64,000 nucleotides of DNA, taken from assembly GCA_951406725.2 (NCBI GenBank), contig OX597814.1:213218001-213282000 (forward strand), read 5' to 3'. Positions 42,321 through 56,834 of this stretch are shown piece by piece. This DNA comes from Octopus vulgaris (Eukaryota). Below the pieces are notes generated by a model. The model had not been told where the DNA came from, did no database searches, and saw only the letters and a program-made list of their open reading frames with translations. The translations under genes and the position numbers were made by a program. Position 1 is the first letter of the stretch; each line of letters starts with the position of its first letter.

Positions 42321-43204
42321 GAAATTCATAGAAAAATTTTGAGAAATTTCGTATACCAATGTTCTCAGAAGTAAAGATTCTTGTTTCGCCTCTGAACATA
42401 CTTATTGTGTCCGAAATCAACCGTTGTCGGATATGAGTATATATTATTTCTTTTTTTTTTTTACAGTTTTCCTACTATAATCTTGATTTCCTAACAATAG
42501 CTATGTGGAATTTCTTTTCAGATATTCTGAAAACGAATGTAACATTTTACTTTACTGACCTTATTTTTCAAGAAGCAATGGTAAATGTTAAAATCTGCAT
42601 TACACTAAAAGTGAAAAATTTTCTGGTCCAAAAATGAATCAATATTTAGTTGGAGATGAATAATGCAGAACTTGGCACCAGTGATATATCGCCTCCTAGG
42701 AACTTTTATTTACTGTTTTGTTTCCTGTGTATGCGTTCATTTCGTTGCAGACTAAACTGTTCTCGCCATCCCTATAGGGGATAATAGTACACTACTGTCC
42801 TTTATATCGAGTGTACCGATTTTCCTCATCAAATAATTTTCTTGAAGAGAACATTACTTCTATATTACATGTATAAATGTGTTTAATATATTTAAATGAA
42901 AAATTAATATTCTACTTGAAAAAAAATATGAATATTAAAGAAATGACAGATATTCACATTCTCACTATTGCTCAGGCATCTATAAATATGGAAAACTATA
43001 AGCTATTCTATATTTTAGCATTTGTGATTCTGTTGTATCAAGTCAATATGACAAAATTCCCTTCTGCCATTCTTGAGTGATGATAGGATTTGCTCGTGGG
43101 AATCTAGACTAATGAAACACGTGTTGAATGTCAAGTTTTGGTCGCCATGTTAGACGAAATATAATCCTACGCAGTATGTCTATGGAAACACAATGGAAAA
43201 GTTC

Positions 43205-43403
43205 GGCACAAGGCCAGCAATAGTTTAAGGGGATCGGTCAGTTGGTAACATCAGCCCCACTGCTCAGCTGGAACATCTTTTCAACCTCAAAATGATGAAA
43301 GGCAAAGTAGAGCTCGGTAGAATCTGGGCTTCTAATGTACAGACGGGCAACATACCGCTAAGCATCTTGTCCAGCGTGCTTAATATTCTGCTATTTGGCC
43401 GCC
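43205..43403 (-). mobile_element. SINE family A-related, old copy
   Basis: ggcacaaggccagcaa...gatgaaaggcaaagt...taccgctaagcat...cgtgct...ccgcc. Confidence 0.7.
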
Positions 43404-45590
43404 TTCAGAAGACCTAAATTATTGATTGTTATGTGTATTTACTAACAATATAATATTCTAATGTTTTGATTATACATACTGCTTAAATTTTGAGCAATTC
43501 ACCGACACCATGTCCATACTCCTAATCATTATAGTCATTGCAACTTAACTTTGTAATGATACACTTACTTTACAACGAAAGACAATACTACGCATCTTCT
43601 ATAGTTAATCAATATTACACCATCTAAAGAAATAAGTAAAATCAATAAATATATATTTCTAGTTTATAACTAATATTTACTGAACAATAACTTGTAGCTA
43701 ACACTGTACTAACGTGACACTTTTAATAATATTTGTTAACATTAATCTCTAAGCTCTGTAAAATAATGCAATAGAGAAAAGAAAATTCATATCACAAATA
43801 AGATGAACGTTAATACCAAAAGTTGTATCGATTGAAATGCACTTAATTTGTTTAAAATTCTTTCAGGGAAAAAATACAAACATCCAATAATTAAGAAAAG
43901 GTGTATGCGTGTATTTTGAATGCATTTTTTTTATTCAAATATAAGTAGATATGTAAAATATCATGCGAAAACAGATAAGAACTATCATAGTTGTATGTGT
44001 GCGTATGTATGATGTAATGGATGTATATATGTATGTGTATGTGTGTGTGAGAGAGAAAGAGGGAGGGAGAGAGAGTTTCACTATATAAAATTGTGTTGGT
44101 GTATTCTAAGCAAATATGTGTTTGTGTATTTTGAAATAAAAAAAGTAATGGGCGGGAGATATACACTCAACTAACTATGTGTTTGTTAGTATGTATGCGT
44201 ATGTATACGAATGTGAATGTATGAGAGTGTCTCTTTTGTGCGTGTATGTGTGTATGCGTGGCTATCCAATATTGAATTTTTTTCTAATCATATTAATTTA
44301 GTGGGTAGAAAAACAAATATCTTATTTATGTTGAAATCTTTCCATAAGTGTTTTACTCTTAAAAAGCACTAATGAAGCTACAGTGTTTATTATTCATCAA
44401 AGAATTGCATATCAATAGTAATTATGAAAGATCACTCCCAGTACATTTCGATAATGAAATGATTACTACAAAAGACAGAAATCAAAGAGAAAATAATGTG
44501 GTGTATTTGTTTGTCAGTTTATAGTTGGCATTATTGCTTTTTTTTTTACTCATTTTCCCCATGTTTTGGTATCTATTGTTTCATATCAGTTTTAATATTT
44601 CTTTCGCAGTTGTTAAGAACTTATCAACAGAAAGAAATGCGAAATTTATTTACATGATTCTATTGTTTAATTGATTAAACTAACCTTTCCAGTAGAGATG
44701 GAATCGTGCCGAATAAATAGATTAATAATACCATGTTTGGGATTTCAGATGGTGTCTGACACCCGAGGGATTGAACTCAGTACTGTATGCAAGCCAGCTA
44801 CTTCCTAGTAAATAATACAATTCAACCGATCTCCCAGTGATTATGTATAGCAAATATGGAGACCACGTAAAATGAACTATGTGTACATTACCATCCATAG
44901 ATATGCATTTCACTCACAAAAACAACAGAATACTACTGACGGGATACGAGATATCAACTTCGATGATAATTTGTCCTATATCTATTGACATGCCAGGAGT
45001 GCCAACAGTGTAATTCACAATTGTGCATAAAAAATAGATTTTTATTGATGGCAAAAAACAACTTTGATTTTTTTTTTCTTTTTCCTGCCTATCCAATACA
45101 TAAGAAACAAAGTGTCTTTGGGATTTGAATCTTGTCACAGATGTCAAGGCATTTAACTTTTCAGAGGTATTAGTTTTACATAAAACATAAAACACACTTT
45201 ATATTGGATATTTGAGGAACTCAACTGAACACATGAAGTTCACTAGCCATTAACCATTACGAATGGAATAGCTATGAGATGTGTTGCTCTATATTTCCTG
45301 TTTACAACTAGAGTAGTGACTCGATGAAATTCTCATTATTTTTAACAGTATATGACCGCATATGAGATTTTCAGTTTAATTCTTCATTTATAACTGTAAT
45401 CTATCCCGTTTAATATGAAGTACCAAGGGCTATTCCTAATCACTTCTTAGTTATTTTATAAAATTATTTTCTCTTTTTAGCAGTTTCATCGTTTCCTATT
45501 CAGTGAGTGTATACGTAATAAATATATTAGGGTAGAAAACACATGCACAGATACAAAAACAGTCACGCACACACACACACACATATATGC

Positions 45591-45665
<75 letters not shown>

Positions 45666-46027
45666 TTTTCGCAAAAGATTATTCTTTAACTTTATAAACA
45701 AGTGCATAGTATTATATATGATTATTATTTAACTGGTGGCTATTGACAATTCTTCGAAGTCAACTAAACTATAATCAAACAGTGTGATGGTGGCTTAGCA
45801 GGCCGAAACTGAAAACGTCACTATCAGTACTACTTTTGTTAAAGAATAGTCAACAAATTTATGGAATAACCCTTCAGATTAATGTGAAAATGGCTTTTAT
45901 TATATCTAAACATAAAAACAAACATTAATATGATACCTATGTGTGCGTGCGCGCATGTGCGTGTGTGTGGATCAAAACAGTTCGATTGAAATTCGCTGGT
46001 AGTCTTGAGTGTGAACGAGTGCCAACG

Positions 46028-46317
46028 AGTCTTCTGCTATAGCCCCGGGCCAACCAATGCCTTGTAAGTGGATTGGTTAGACGGAAACTGAATATATATG
46101 TATATGTATGTGTGTTTGTGTGTCTGTGTTTGTCCACCTAGCATTGCTTGACAACCGATGCTGGTGTGTTTACGTCCCCGTCACTTAGCGGTTCGGCAAA
46201 AAGAGACCGATAGAATAAGTACTGGGCTTACAAAGAATAAGTCCCGTGGTGAATTTGCTCGACTAAAGGCGGTGCTCCAGTATGGCCGCAGTCAAATGAC
46301 TGAAACAAGTAAAAAGA
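46028..46317 (+). mobile_element. SINE family C, 5'-truncated
   Basis: Matches the other copies from gtcttctgctatagcccc onward. Confidence 0.9.
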
Positions 46318-46330
46318 TTATATACATATA

Positions 46331-47656
46331 CTAGCAAATGCTCCCGTCCTTTGGACGGTGTAATTTAATATAATGGTGCACTCATGTGGATGGTGTAAGT
46401 TTAATTAGCGTGCAGTTAGAAGTCGTGTCAATTGATAACCATTTTCGTTAGCAGTTTAATAAGAGATTTAATACTTTTTGGGGGACACAAATTTGGTACT
46501 TAGTTATAAATGAAAGTCCATGAAATGAGGTCGTAATTGTAATAGGCATTAGGGATCCTATATGTAACCTGAAGCGTTTTGCATCATGTACTACTTTTTC
46601 TCGTAAAGCATGACACAGCCGCATTGAGGCTTTTTTATTTTCAATAAAAGTCATGTATAAAAGAAAAACAAACATTTATAGCAAACACGCAAATAGAAAA
46701 ATAGCATGTACAAAAATGAATGTCAGAGCATATTTATGAGCGAACAGCGTGCGTGAAGAGGGGACGTTGAAGTTAATGTACTGTTAACAGTAATCAGGGT
46801 AATGAAAAAAAATATAAATTAAATTTATGCAGCAATCTGATTGCTAACGGCTACAGTTTGGCGTAGATGTGAAGAATGCAGTAGAGGAATAGCTACTGTA
46901 GGACTGCTTTGTAGACAAGCATAGATGAATAAGCTGTCTGGAGGGCCAACCCTGGAACAACCGACGTAGAACTGCTCATGTGAAAAGCACTATGTTCGAA
47001 GGTCCAGTCCGACAACTTTCAGCGACTGACCTTGTGTTTTGTTAATTGTCATGGCAAAGTTGAGTTTCAGAGGGAACTGAAATCTCTACATAGTATAAGG
47101 GCAGTCTGTTGGCGATAGCGGAATTTTCGGAATGAAAACGGTACCGTTTTTGCCGTGTCCCGTGATAATTTGGACTTCAATGATGACGGGGTCCATCATC
47201 TCTTTGACCACAAGGTGAGTTCCATTGCATAGTGTGGGTGCGTTTAGATTGCGTAGGAGGGTGACAGGGCAACCGACTTTTAAGTGAAGTTCATGGGGGT
47301 GGGAGTCCTGGAGGATCTTGGGAGTTGAGAAATTCAGTTGGAAATTGTGTAACCTGATCGATGTCGGTAACGGTGTCAACTGCTCTCTAAGAACGTTCTT
47401 GAGAAGCTAACTGACTAAATCATAGTTAGGAGGGCTGCATTTGTAGGTGCAAGAACTGCACTATCGCGAAGCCAATCTGGTTTGGCGCTTTGCAGTAAAT
47501 GGACATTGTAAAGACTGTATAACTGTCACAGCTTGGTATGTTTACTTTAAATGAAGTGCTAACGTGCAAATATTGGCGGTTTGCAATGGATGGACATTGT
47601 AAAACCTGTACAACTGTCACAACTTGGTATGTGTAAAAGCATATGTATAATATGGA
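46331..47656 (-). mobile_element. Helitron deletion derivative carrying the Pif1-like helicase C-terminus
   Basis: 3' hairpin ccgtcc-aaa-ggacgg plus CTAG|T at 46331; [57 protein letters not shown] (about 46930-47350); candidate A|TC start at 47656. Confidence 0.9.
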
Positions 47657-47809
47657 TTAATTTCTGAAGAGATTAAACAAATAATTAAAATTTGCTTTAA
47701 ATTGCATGGCTACCTGAAGGAAGTACTAATATGCAAATATGATTGTTCTGCAGTAAAGGGGCATTGCAAAGAGCTACGGTCAGTCACATATACAAATAAA
47801 CAAACACAA

Positions 47810-47840
<31 letters not shown>

Positions 47841-47949
47841 TCTTCCGGTAGACAGCCAGTTTCTGACTGTTACTTCGCAGAGAGTTACCTCCCTTGTCGA
47901 CTTTAGAAGGTTATTCGGAGCGTCTTACCCTTTTCTGCGATTCTGACCC

Positions 47950-48300
47950 TAGAAGCTCCATGACTACATATTACTCCATAAGGTTTCTTGAAAATTCTAA
48001 AGTCATTCATGTACAACCATCTGTGGAATATAATGCTACGCCATGTATTTGCACTGAATGCATGTGATTCATTGCTTTTCTGGATATTTCCCAGATTACA
48101 TCAGGGTTTGCGCCCTCTGGTACTGAGAGTAGATGGCTTCCAGAGGAGAAGAGTTTACATTTTCCCTACTCTCATATACTTAAATGTTTATTATTGCAAA
48201 ACTTAAGAACTCCTCTAATCTCCTAGCAGATTTGCTTTTGATATAAGCCCCTACAAAGTTTGAGAGCAACAATCATAACAAGTCAGTTACAACACGTTGT
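47950..48300 (-). mobile_element. RTE-like LINE 3' remnant
   Basis: Degenerate LLLWKP....TRGRKP...NTWRSII. Confidence 0.35.
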
Positions 48301-49059
48301 ATACAATTGCCTTCTCTAAACGTTGAACAGTTTTGTTTTGCTTGTATTTTTTTTGCGAAATATGGTACAAAATATCAATTAGGCGGGATTTGAACTCCAT
48401 TTATTGGGACAGAATGTATTGCAATGTATTTCAATTTTATCTAACACAATTCAAATCGTAAATTTTTAGAAGAGATGAAAAGGTATGTTTATGCTATCCA
48501 TGGCACTTTAATATATAGCAGTATGCAACCAAACTAAACTATATATTAACCATGAATCAAAGCTGACTTCAATCTCCCTGTGGTGCGAGCTTATCACTTA
48601 CATTAAAATTTTTATTGTGAGAAATTGTATTTTTGAATAGGCACAAAAGCCTCATATTTCATTCAAACAATAAGAAAATTTATCGTGTTCATGTCCATCG
48701 GTGGACATTAACTGCGTAAGTGAATTATGGGACACTTAACTACTGAAAGCAAGTGACCATGACTGTATTGAATATTCTGAGTTCTGAAATCAGTATCACT
48801 TATTTAGAGTAGACGTTGCTTTGTGTCTCTGAATTTTATTTTACGTATAATGGCAAATGATCGACAGAGATGCAGGTTCACTACACAATAGCTCAAGAAA
48901 TCTTCATAAAGTATTTCATTATATTTGAATTGTATCAGACCCAGTCAGAGAAATTTAAAATAAAAGAGGAATTAGGTTTCGAATACACATGTTTTCATTC
49001 CCATGCACACACAGACACACATACACACACACAGACAAATGCATTATATATATTTGTGT

Positions 49060-49440
49060 TGGAGGCGCAATGGCCCAGTCGTTAGGGCAGCGAACTCGCG
49101 GTCGTAGGATTGCGGTTTCGATTCCCAGACCGGGCATTGTGAGTGTTTATTGAGCGAAAACACCTAAAGCTCCACGAGGCTCCGGCAGGGATGGTGGTGA
49201 TCCCTGCTGTACTCTTTCACCACAACTTTCTCTCACTCTTACTTCCTGTTTCTGTTGTACCTGTATTTCAAAGGGCCGGCCTTGTCACTCTCTGTGTCAC
49301 GCTGAATCTCCCCGAGAACTACGTTAAGGGTACACGTGTCTGTGGAGTGCTCAGCCACTTGCACGTTAATTTCACGAGCAGGCTGTTCCGTTGATCGGAT
49401 CAACCGGAACCCTCGTCGTCGTAAACGATGGAATGCTTCC
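49060..49440 (+). mobile_element. SINE family B, full length, 12-bp TSD
   Basis: TSD atatatttgtgt at 49048-49059 and 49441-49452; tRNA-like head with A/B boxes. Confidence 0.95.
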
Positions 49441-49445
49441 ATATA

Positions 49446-49486
<41 letters not shown>

Positions 49487-49704
49487 GTGTGAGTGTGTGT
49501 CTTTTGTGAGTTTTGTGTGTTTGTGTGTATGTGTGTGTATGTACACGACGAAGGAACAAGAAATTAAGTTATGATCTTCGTTAGCTAACAGCTGTTTCTG
49601 CTATAAGATGCAACGCTCTCATATTTAGGTGCCTGCATATGTTATCTATGTACATATACACATATGCATAATTTTATATGTATATATAGATGTACATATA
49701 TACA

Positions 49705-49750
<46 letters not shown>

Positions 49751-50519
49751 CTAGCGAGAATGTAATGTAAATAATATTGTATTAAACATGTTTTAAGGAT
49801 GTGTAATACTCCATTAATATTTATAATGTCTTGAATATATACATACTAGCACGCGCGTATGTGTGCTATTGTCTGGCCTGACTAAAAACGTTTAAGGTCT
49901 GACTGTCCGGCCGTTCTTGCTGGGGGTATTTTAATGAGACGTTATTCAAAATGTATACGTTAAAGATAATGGAGCATGTTTTGCATGTATTTTGGCTAAT
50001 ATTTCGTGCTGATCAAGCAATTTTCCTTCTAGTACGATCATGGTAGCGATTGCAAATATAGAATTCTCTTATTCATTTACTTTATTTTCAGCCTTTGGTC
50101 TGAGGCCACATTGCGACTTCACTTTATGGAGTTCGCAGATTACAGTTAAGATTATAATGGTCTTCGTAGACTTAATATAGCTTGCGAAATGAAATAATTT
50201 TTGATTTACTGTGAAAAGTACTCCTAGACAAAATTCTAATATTTCTATACTTCAGATATTTACATATTTTTCTTTCGATTTAGGAAACTTATAGCAGCAA
50301 GAAATTGTTTCGTTGTTAATTGTTTGATAGACTAAAATGTGAAAATGATCCGATGTGTATCACAATTTAAGATGTGTGATAAAGACTTCCAAATCACTAA
50401 AAATATATTGGGGTAATTTAGAATGGAAAATCTTATAAGAATCAGGCAAAAACTTGGCTGTATACTGTTTTCTGACCTATACAGTATATACATTAAGATC
50501 TTGAGATAAGTAGAAGACA

Positions 50520-51090
50520 TTCCAGAAGTGCCAATATAAAATTTAGAAATTTTAGTTATACAGAAGATATTATCTTATCAGCTTACAACTCAAATGACTT
50601 ACAGAACATTGAAAGCACACTCAATGACAAAGCAATGCCGAGTTGAATGCAAATTAAAGAACAGAAAACGAAACGAAAAGCAATCAAGAAAGAATAGCAC
50701 AAAATAACGTTTCTAAACTGAAACGTATGATCTGCTCAATGATATGGAACAAAAACATTGACATTAATAACAGTGTTGACCAATAGATGAGAAGACTTCA
50801 AGGTACAGACAAATAGAAAACTTTTGAGAACACCATAGGGAGATTACGCAATCAATGATGAAATAATAACAATGGCAAAAACTGAAATCATTTTATTAGA
50901 CACCATCAAACAAGGAAAACTATTGTATTTTTGATATTTAATAAGCGAAAGAGGTTTGCAGAGAAAATTAAGTATTTCGGTGAATGGTTGAAAACAGACT
51001 TAAATTGCTATGCATAAGCAGCGAAGTGTAAAGAATGAAGTGATGATCCAAAGTAGTCACGCTGGAGAGAGTGGATATCTGATGATGATA
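50520..51090 (+). mobile_element. RTE-like LINE remnant
   Basis: RNFSYTEDIILSAYNSNDLQ (decayed NLRYADD), DTIKQGKLLYF*YLISERGLQ and a (TGA)n tail. Confidence 0.55.
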
Positions 51091-52699
51091 TCTTCCTGGT
51101 TTGCTCTTTCTATCACATATGACTTTGTACGTCTGCAAATGTATAAAGGTTGAATATTATTTAAGACGTGCTACTGTTGCCATTATTATTTCATATAATT
51201 TGTATTATGGAACGTAATTCTTATTATTTTTTTATAAATATTACCACCTGTCATCACAAATAAAATGTAATTGGCTGATACAGAATATTGTTGATGATGC
51301 TGATGCTGTTTCATGTAACAGAGATGACTTATAGCAGTCATTGTAAAGACTACGATGGTTTTCCTTCAATCCTCCTAGTACCATCGAACTGATATTTATG
51401 CCGCTGTTGTTCTCCTAATTGAATTCTACGTAATAGAAAACAATTAAATATTAACGCATGACCTTCCAACATTTGATAGGGAAAGTTTCTTAGGATTTTA
51501 TATTTTATTTCACTTATGAAGCTGGGGCACATTATAATATTCCGTTCCTTCCATATAGCTTGTTTTATTTACTATAGCCATCATAAAACTTCAGTCTTTC
51601 TGTGTAGCGATAGGTAATATTCAAGCCACTGTAAAATTTGATCTTTTTACTTAGCACATATTAGCTTTGAGTGATAAGTTGATATACTCTGTGCGTGTGT
51701 GTTGTGTGTCTATGTGTGCGTGTGTGTGTGTGTCAAACTCTAATACATCTAGGGCATAGTGTATGGCTTAAACTATTTCGAACTTCAGCTTGCAAAATAA
51801 GAAAAATATGTACTTTAGTAATTTTCCATTTGAAAGATTTTTGCACATACATGTTGCATTTCCATATCTCTGAGTGTTCCACCTGCAACAATCTACCAAG
51901 TACACTAAACATGAGCTCACCTCAACACTTTAAAGTTGAAGACTAACTGACATAAGTTTGTTGACATCTATTATTAGACTGGCGGTGAACATTACCCACA
52001 AAGTACAATCCCATGCCAAACACCCAGTGCAAGATGGCGAGCATGCTATTTTAAAATTTGAGTTTCTTTTGGGACTAGTTTCATATTTATTGTAGTTTAG
52101 TATTCTTCACACATTTGCACAGAATAAACAGATGTAAGCATAGAGAAAATTCAATGCAGTGGAGGTGTTATGAAATTGGATTGCGTTAATGATTCTTTGA
52201 GTTCGATTACAGGTTAACTTAACATATACGAGCGTCACCTGACATTGCGTCAAATCAATCAAAACCTGCGGATTAAAATTATGATCATGCAAATTGTATA
52301 AAGCCAGTTTGATGCAGTGTTGTAATTAAGTGCCCATCTTCTCACAGACATTGTTACATATACAAATACAATCATACACTCGCGCACAGACACACGCACA
52401 TGGCATAAATATTCGTACATATATACATATTAAGTGTCTTGTGTGTCTGTGTGTGTGCCTGCATATATGTGTATTTATGTGTGAAGCCGGCCAATATTTT
52501 GAAGTAATAACTGTCTCTGTAATAATTAAGAAGAGCTGAACTTTGATCATTTATTTGCAATTTATTTTAGTCAATATATTATAATTAGCTAATCTATCAA
52601 TTCACTTTAGCTTGCTAAATTCTAACGTGTGTAAATACAGACCAATTTTAACATTTTGTTTTTATTTCATAAGGATTAGATTTACTTTAATATGCAGTT

Positions 52700-52769
<70 letters not shown>

Positions 52770-52774
<5 letters not shown>

Positions 52775-52930
52775 TATTAGAGACAAAACCACTATTTTGC
52801 AAAACAAACAAGGAAAGACTTAATCAATACATAAAATTTTAATAAATAGTCAAAAAAACCGCCACTACAATCGTTTCTTGTCTTGATCGACAATCTTCAG
52901 GTGGACTTCAATAAGTCAGTTTCAAATTAT
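52770..52930 (-). mobile_element. PLE pLTR-like module between two (TA)n tracts
   Basis: Contains an intact hammerhead; its 3' end runs into (TA)n at 52707-52769. Confidence 0.65.
52862..52904 (-). ncRNA. minimal type I hammerhead motif, intact core
   Basis: Reverse complement: ccac-CTGAAGA-ttgtc(gatcaa)gacaa-GAAAC-gatt-GTA-gtgg. Confidence 0.82.
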
Positions 52931-52934
52931 GAAG

Positions 52935-52968
<34 letters not shown>

Positions 52969-53106
52969 ATCTAAAGTTATTGAACAAACAAATGCAAGGT
53001 CTTCTACATATTTTATAATTCGCATATCATTTCAATAGACCACTTCTATAGCAGTCCTATTAATCTTTTTGTTCCTGACAAGAAACAATCACTGTATTAT
53101 TGATAT

Positions 53107-53154
<48 letters not shown>

Positions 53155-53190
53155 CATGCATGTATGTATGTATGTATGTATGTATGTATC

Positions 53191-53233
<43 letters not shown>

Positions 53234-54037
53234 CAGACAGAGAAAATACAAATTATATTTATTTGCCTCTACATGCAGATTTTTATTTACTAAGAGGATA
53301 AAAGCTATATAGAAAATAGCACAAAAGTGACAAATCAAATCTGAGCGAAAGAGAAACGTCAAGTTTTGAGCTAAAGAAGCACTAAATGGGAACCAGAAAG
53401 AACGAAAGAATATATTTCCGAAACAACGCAAGCTTTTGTAGAAAAATAATAAGTGTTACTAAAAAAAATCAATATAAAAGAGGTTGGGACAGACAGAGGA
53501 AATAAGGAAATTTGATATGATGGTGATAAAATTACAGCTGTTAAGGTTCAAATCCCTTTATAAATTTTAGATGCATTAGATTGAGGTGAATTAATTCTGA
53601 ATCAAAATATAATTACCAAATCAATACAAATTTACCCTGTTTTTTTTTTTTAATCCAGATAATTCTAATACGATTTTTAGCTTTAGGAAAAAATTAAAAT
53701 CATTAAATACTCTAGAAATTTCACCACTTTACATTTTCAGCGAAACTCCTATTTCTGTTTTGTTTTGTTTTTTTGCTCAATATTTGCATAATGTAAATTT
53801 AACAACAAAAATCAATAAAATGGAAACATTTCCCACGTTAAATATTAAAATTCAGGAGGCAAGGTGATAGATTTCGAGTCTCTCACTCATGCGACAATCC
53901 CGGAGGGTACCGTACCGGCACCGCTCATATATTCAAATCATATTTTCATTAAATTCCATTTCATTTAATTATATTTATTTTACTCTTTATTGTCATAAAA
54001 ATTAATCTATATTTTAATATCCTTTATTCTAAATCCA

Positions 54038-54200
54038 AGGGTGATGAACTGGCAGAGAGTAGTACAGCACAAAGAACACTTTGGTATATTGAGTTAGAAC
54101 TCCTACAATATTGAGCTCAAATCTCACTAAAGTCATGCTCGCCTTTCATCCTCCTAGTAACGATAATCTATAGGTAGTACTCAAATACTGAAGATCGATA
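54038..54200 (+). mobile_element. SINE family A, old copy
   Basis: gatgaactggcaga...tgagctcaaat...gcctttcatcct. Confidence 0.6.
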
Positions 54201-54902
54201 TCATAGATTATATCTCCCCAAAATCCTTTCAAGGCTAGAAATCTTAAAATGCACAAGCAAGATGTATATCTATGATAATATAGTTCTGGATATATCATAC
54301 CTAAATCAATGATACGATGATCGCTACTTGAATGCCTTTGATCATATGGCAGTCGAACCAGGACTGACATCCAACATCAACAGTAACAAATTGTTTTACC
54401 TTTCATGTCTCCCGGAACAATAAAATATGGCTAAAGATCGATTCAATCAACAACACTCTTATTTTCTACAAATGCCCAGGCGTCTTCCAAAATATTTGCA
54501 AACAACCTGCTGCGCTTTTGTAATATTGAATTTTGCTTATATGTTTGTAGTTGAAATACGTGTAGATGGAACATATATGTGTATGTGTCTTTGCGTGGGT
54601 ATATGGTTTCGATTAAAGATGGATCTTCGTTCGATGAAGATTCAGATACTTGATTCACCAAATTACCTACCCATAGAATAACGTGTACGTAGCGTAGCGT
54701 TTCATAGAAACGTATCCTCTTAATGTAATTCTCAGCCAGAATTGGCTTGAGACAGCGCTTGTCTATGCCGCATCTTTTGCATTCCAAGAACAATCTACTC
54801 TAGCGGGGTATTTACAGTTTCCGAACTCCTAATTTCACTCGCAATGTCTGAATAAACTTGAAGCTGTAAAAAATATTTACCCAGTATGGGTAAATATTTA
54901 CC

Positions 54903-55300
54903 CAGGAATGGCTGTGTGGTAAGTAGCTTGCTAACCAACCACATGGTTCCGGGTTCAGTCCCGCTGCGTTGCATCTTGGGCAAGTGTCTTCTGCTATAGC
55001 CCCGGGCCGACCAATGCCTTGTGAGCGGATTTGGTAGACGGAAACTGAAAGAAACCTGTCGTATATATGTATATGTATATATGTGTGTGTTTGTGTGTCT
55101 GTGTTTGTCCCCCTAGCATTGCTTGACAACCGATGCTGGTGTGTTTACGTCCCCGTCACATAGCGGTTCGGCAAAAGTGACCGATAAAATAAGTACTGGG
55201 CTTACAAAGAATAAGTCCCGGGGTCGATTTGCTCGACTAAAGGCGGTGCTCCAGCATGGCCGCCGTGAAATAACTGAAACAAGTAAAAGAGTAAAAGAGA
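54903..55300 (+). mobile_element. SINE family C
   Basis: Matches the other copies. Confidence 0.92.
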
Positions 55301-56196
55301 GATAGAGTATACTTATACATTGGGTTAGAATCTGGGACAGATATATCGTTTGAGTTTCGAGAATACACCCTTCTTCTGAAAGAAAGGTGAGATAATGTAT
55401 GGTTCCACGAAGGACTCGCATATTAAAACAAATTATTCATTCACCAGTTCTGTGTAAATTACTCACTATCTGCTTCATTATTTTTGATAGACTCAACCAT
55501 ACACACATAAATACAAATGTGTGTGTGTGTTTTACTGGCCACTTCGAGTTAACAGTCTTAATTCATATTTGTGTGTGTGTGTGTGTGTGTGTGTGTATTG
55601 CTGAACAAACAACAGCGACAGAAATCAGTGCACATGTTTATACTTCCTTTCATCAGCAAAACACTTACAAACTGCCTTTGAATCGGAGTGCATGATACCT
55701 ATGTGGAGATAACTCCCATTTGTTCGGTGTTGTTTTATTAATAATCAATATTCAAACGCCATGTGAAAATTGCGTGATATCAAATAATCTGCTTGGTAAA
55801 CAGAGTAGTCATGTGATACAGTTTTTCTAGGAATATATCGAACATCATTTTCACCGTTGATATAGGGTTTGATCTTGGAATGGATTTTTTTTATTGGATG
55901 TTAAAGTAGAATGATTTTGTTTTTGGGATTTCAGATTAATTCCGAGACTGTTGTTACATGTCTTTTCTCGTAAGCCCTAAAGGTCGAACACTTTTTGTTG
56001 TTAAATTTTCTTTCACTGATCCACTATAATATTTAGACTCTCTTCGACCGTTGCCACAGTTTGCTAATACCTGTTTTTCACAGTTGCTAATACCTGTTTT
56101 TCATCAGCTGTCCCCTGTTTTATCTACTCTGCATGTCGAATGTAAGGACACAACAAAAATATACCAATGTCAGCACATTTTATTAAACGTCGAGTA

Positions 56197-56368
56197 GGCG
56201 CAGGAGTGGCTGTGTGGTAAGTATCTTGCTTACCAACCACATGGTTCCGGGTTCAGTCCCATTGCACCTTGGGCAAGTGTCTTCTACTATAGCCTCGGGC
56301 CGACCAAAACCTGGTGAGTGGATTTGGTAGACGGAAACTGAAAGAAGCCCGTCGTATAAATACATACA

Positions 56369-56464
<96 letters not shown>

Positions 56465-56827
56465 TGTATGTATGTATGTATGCATGTATGCATGTATGTA
56501 TGTATGTATGTATGTACGTATGTACGTATGTACGTATGTATGTATGTATGTATGTATGTATGTATGTATGTATGTATGTGTGTGTGTATGTATGTGTGTG
56601 TGTGTATATGTTTCTGTGTCTGTGTTTATCCCCCAACATCGCTTGACAACCGATGCTGGTCTGTTTACGTCTCCGTAACATAGCGGTTCGGAAAAAGCGA
56701 CCGATAGAATAAGTAGTAGGCTTACAAAGAACAAGTCCTGGGGTCGATTTGCTCGACCAAAAGCGGTGCTCCAGCATGGCCACAGTCAAATAACTGAAAC
56801 AAGTAAAAGAGTAAAAGAGTGAAAGAG
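56197..56827 (+). mobile_element. SINE family C with about 250-bp expanded internal microsatellite
   Basis: Head and tail match the other copies; internal (TA)n(TATG)n(TG)n at 56356-56610. Confidence 0.92.
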
Positions 56828-56834
56828 TCGCATT

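Noticed and set aside
42522-42580. Candidate small exon (tttcttttcag|...ILKTNVTFYFTDLIFQEAM|gtaaat); similar case at 34416-34448
   Set aside because: Such signals are expected by chance in AT-rich DNA; no recognisable protein and no consistent exon chain. Needs RNA-seq.
56057-56110. CTGATGA...GAAA on the minus strand
   Set aside because: It arises from a short tandem duplication; no stem I, stem III or cleavage triplet.
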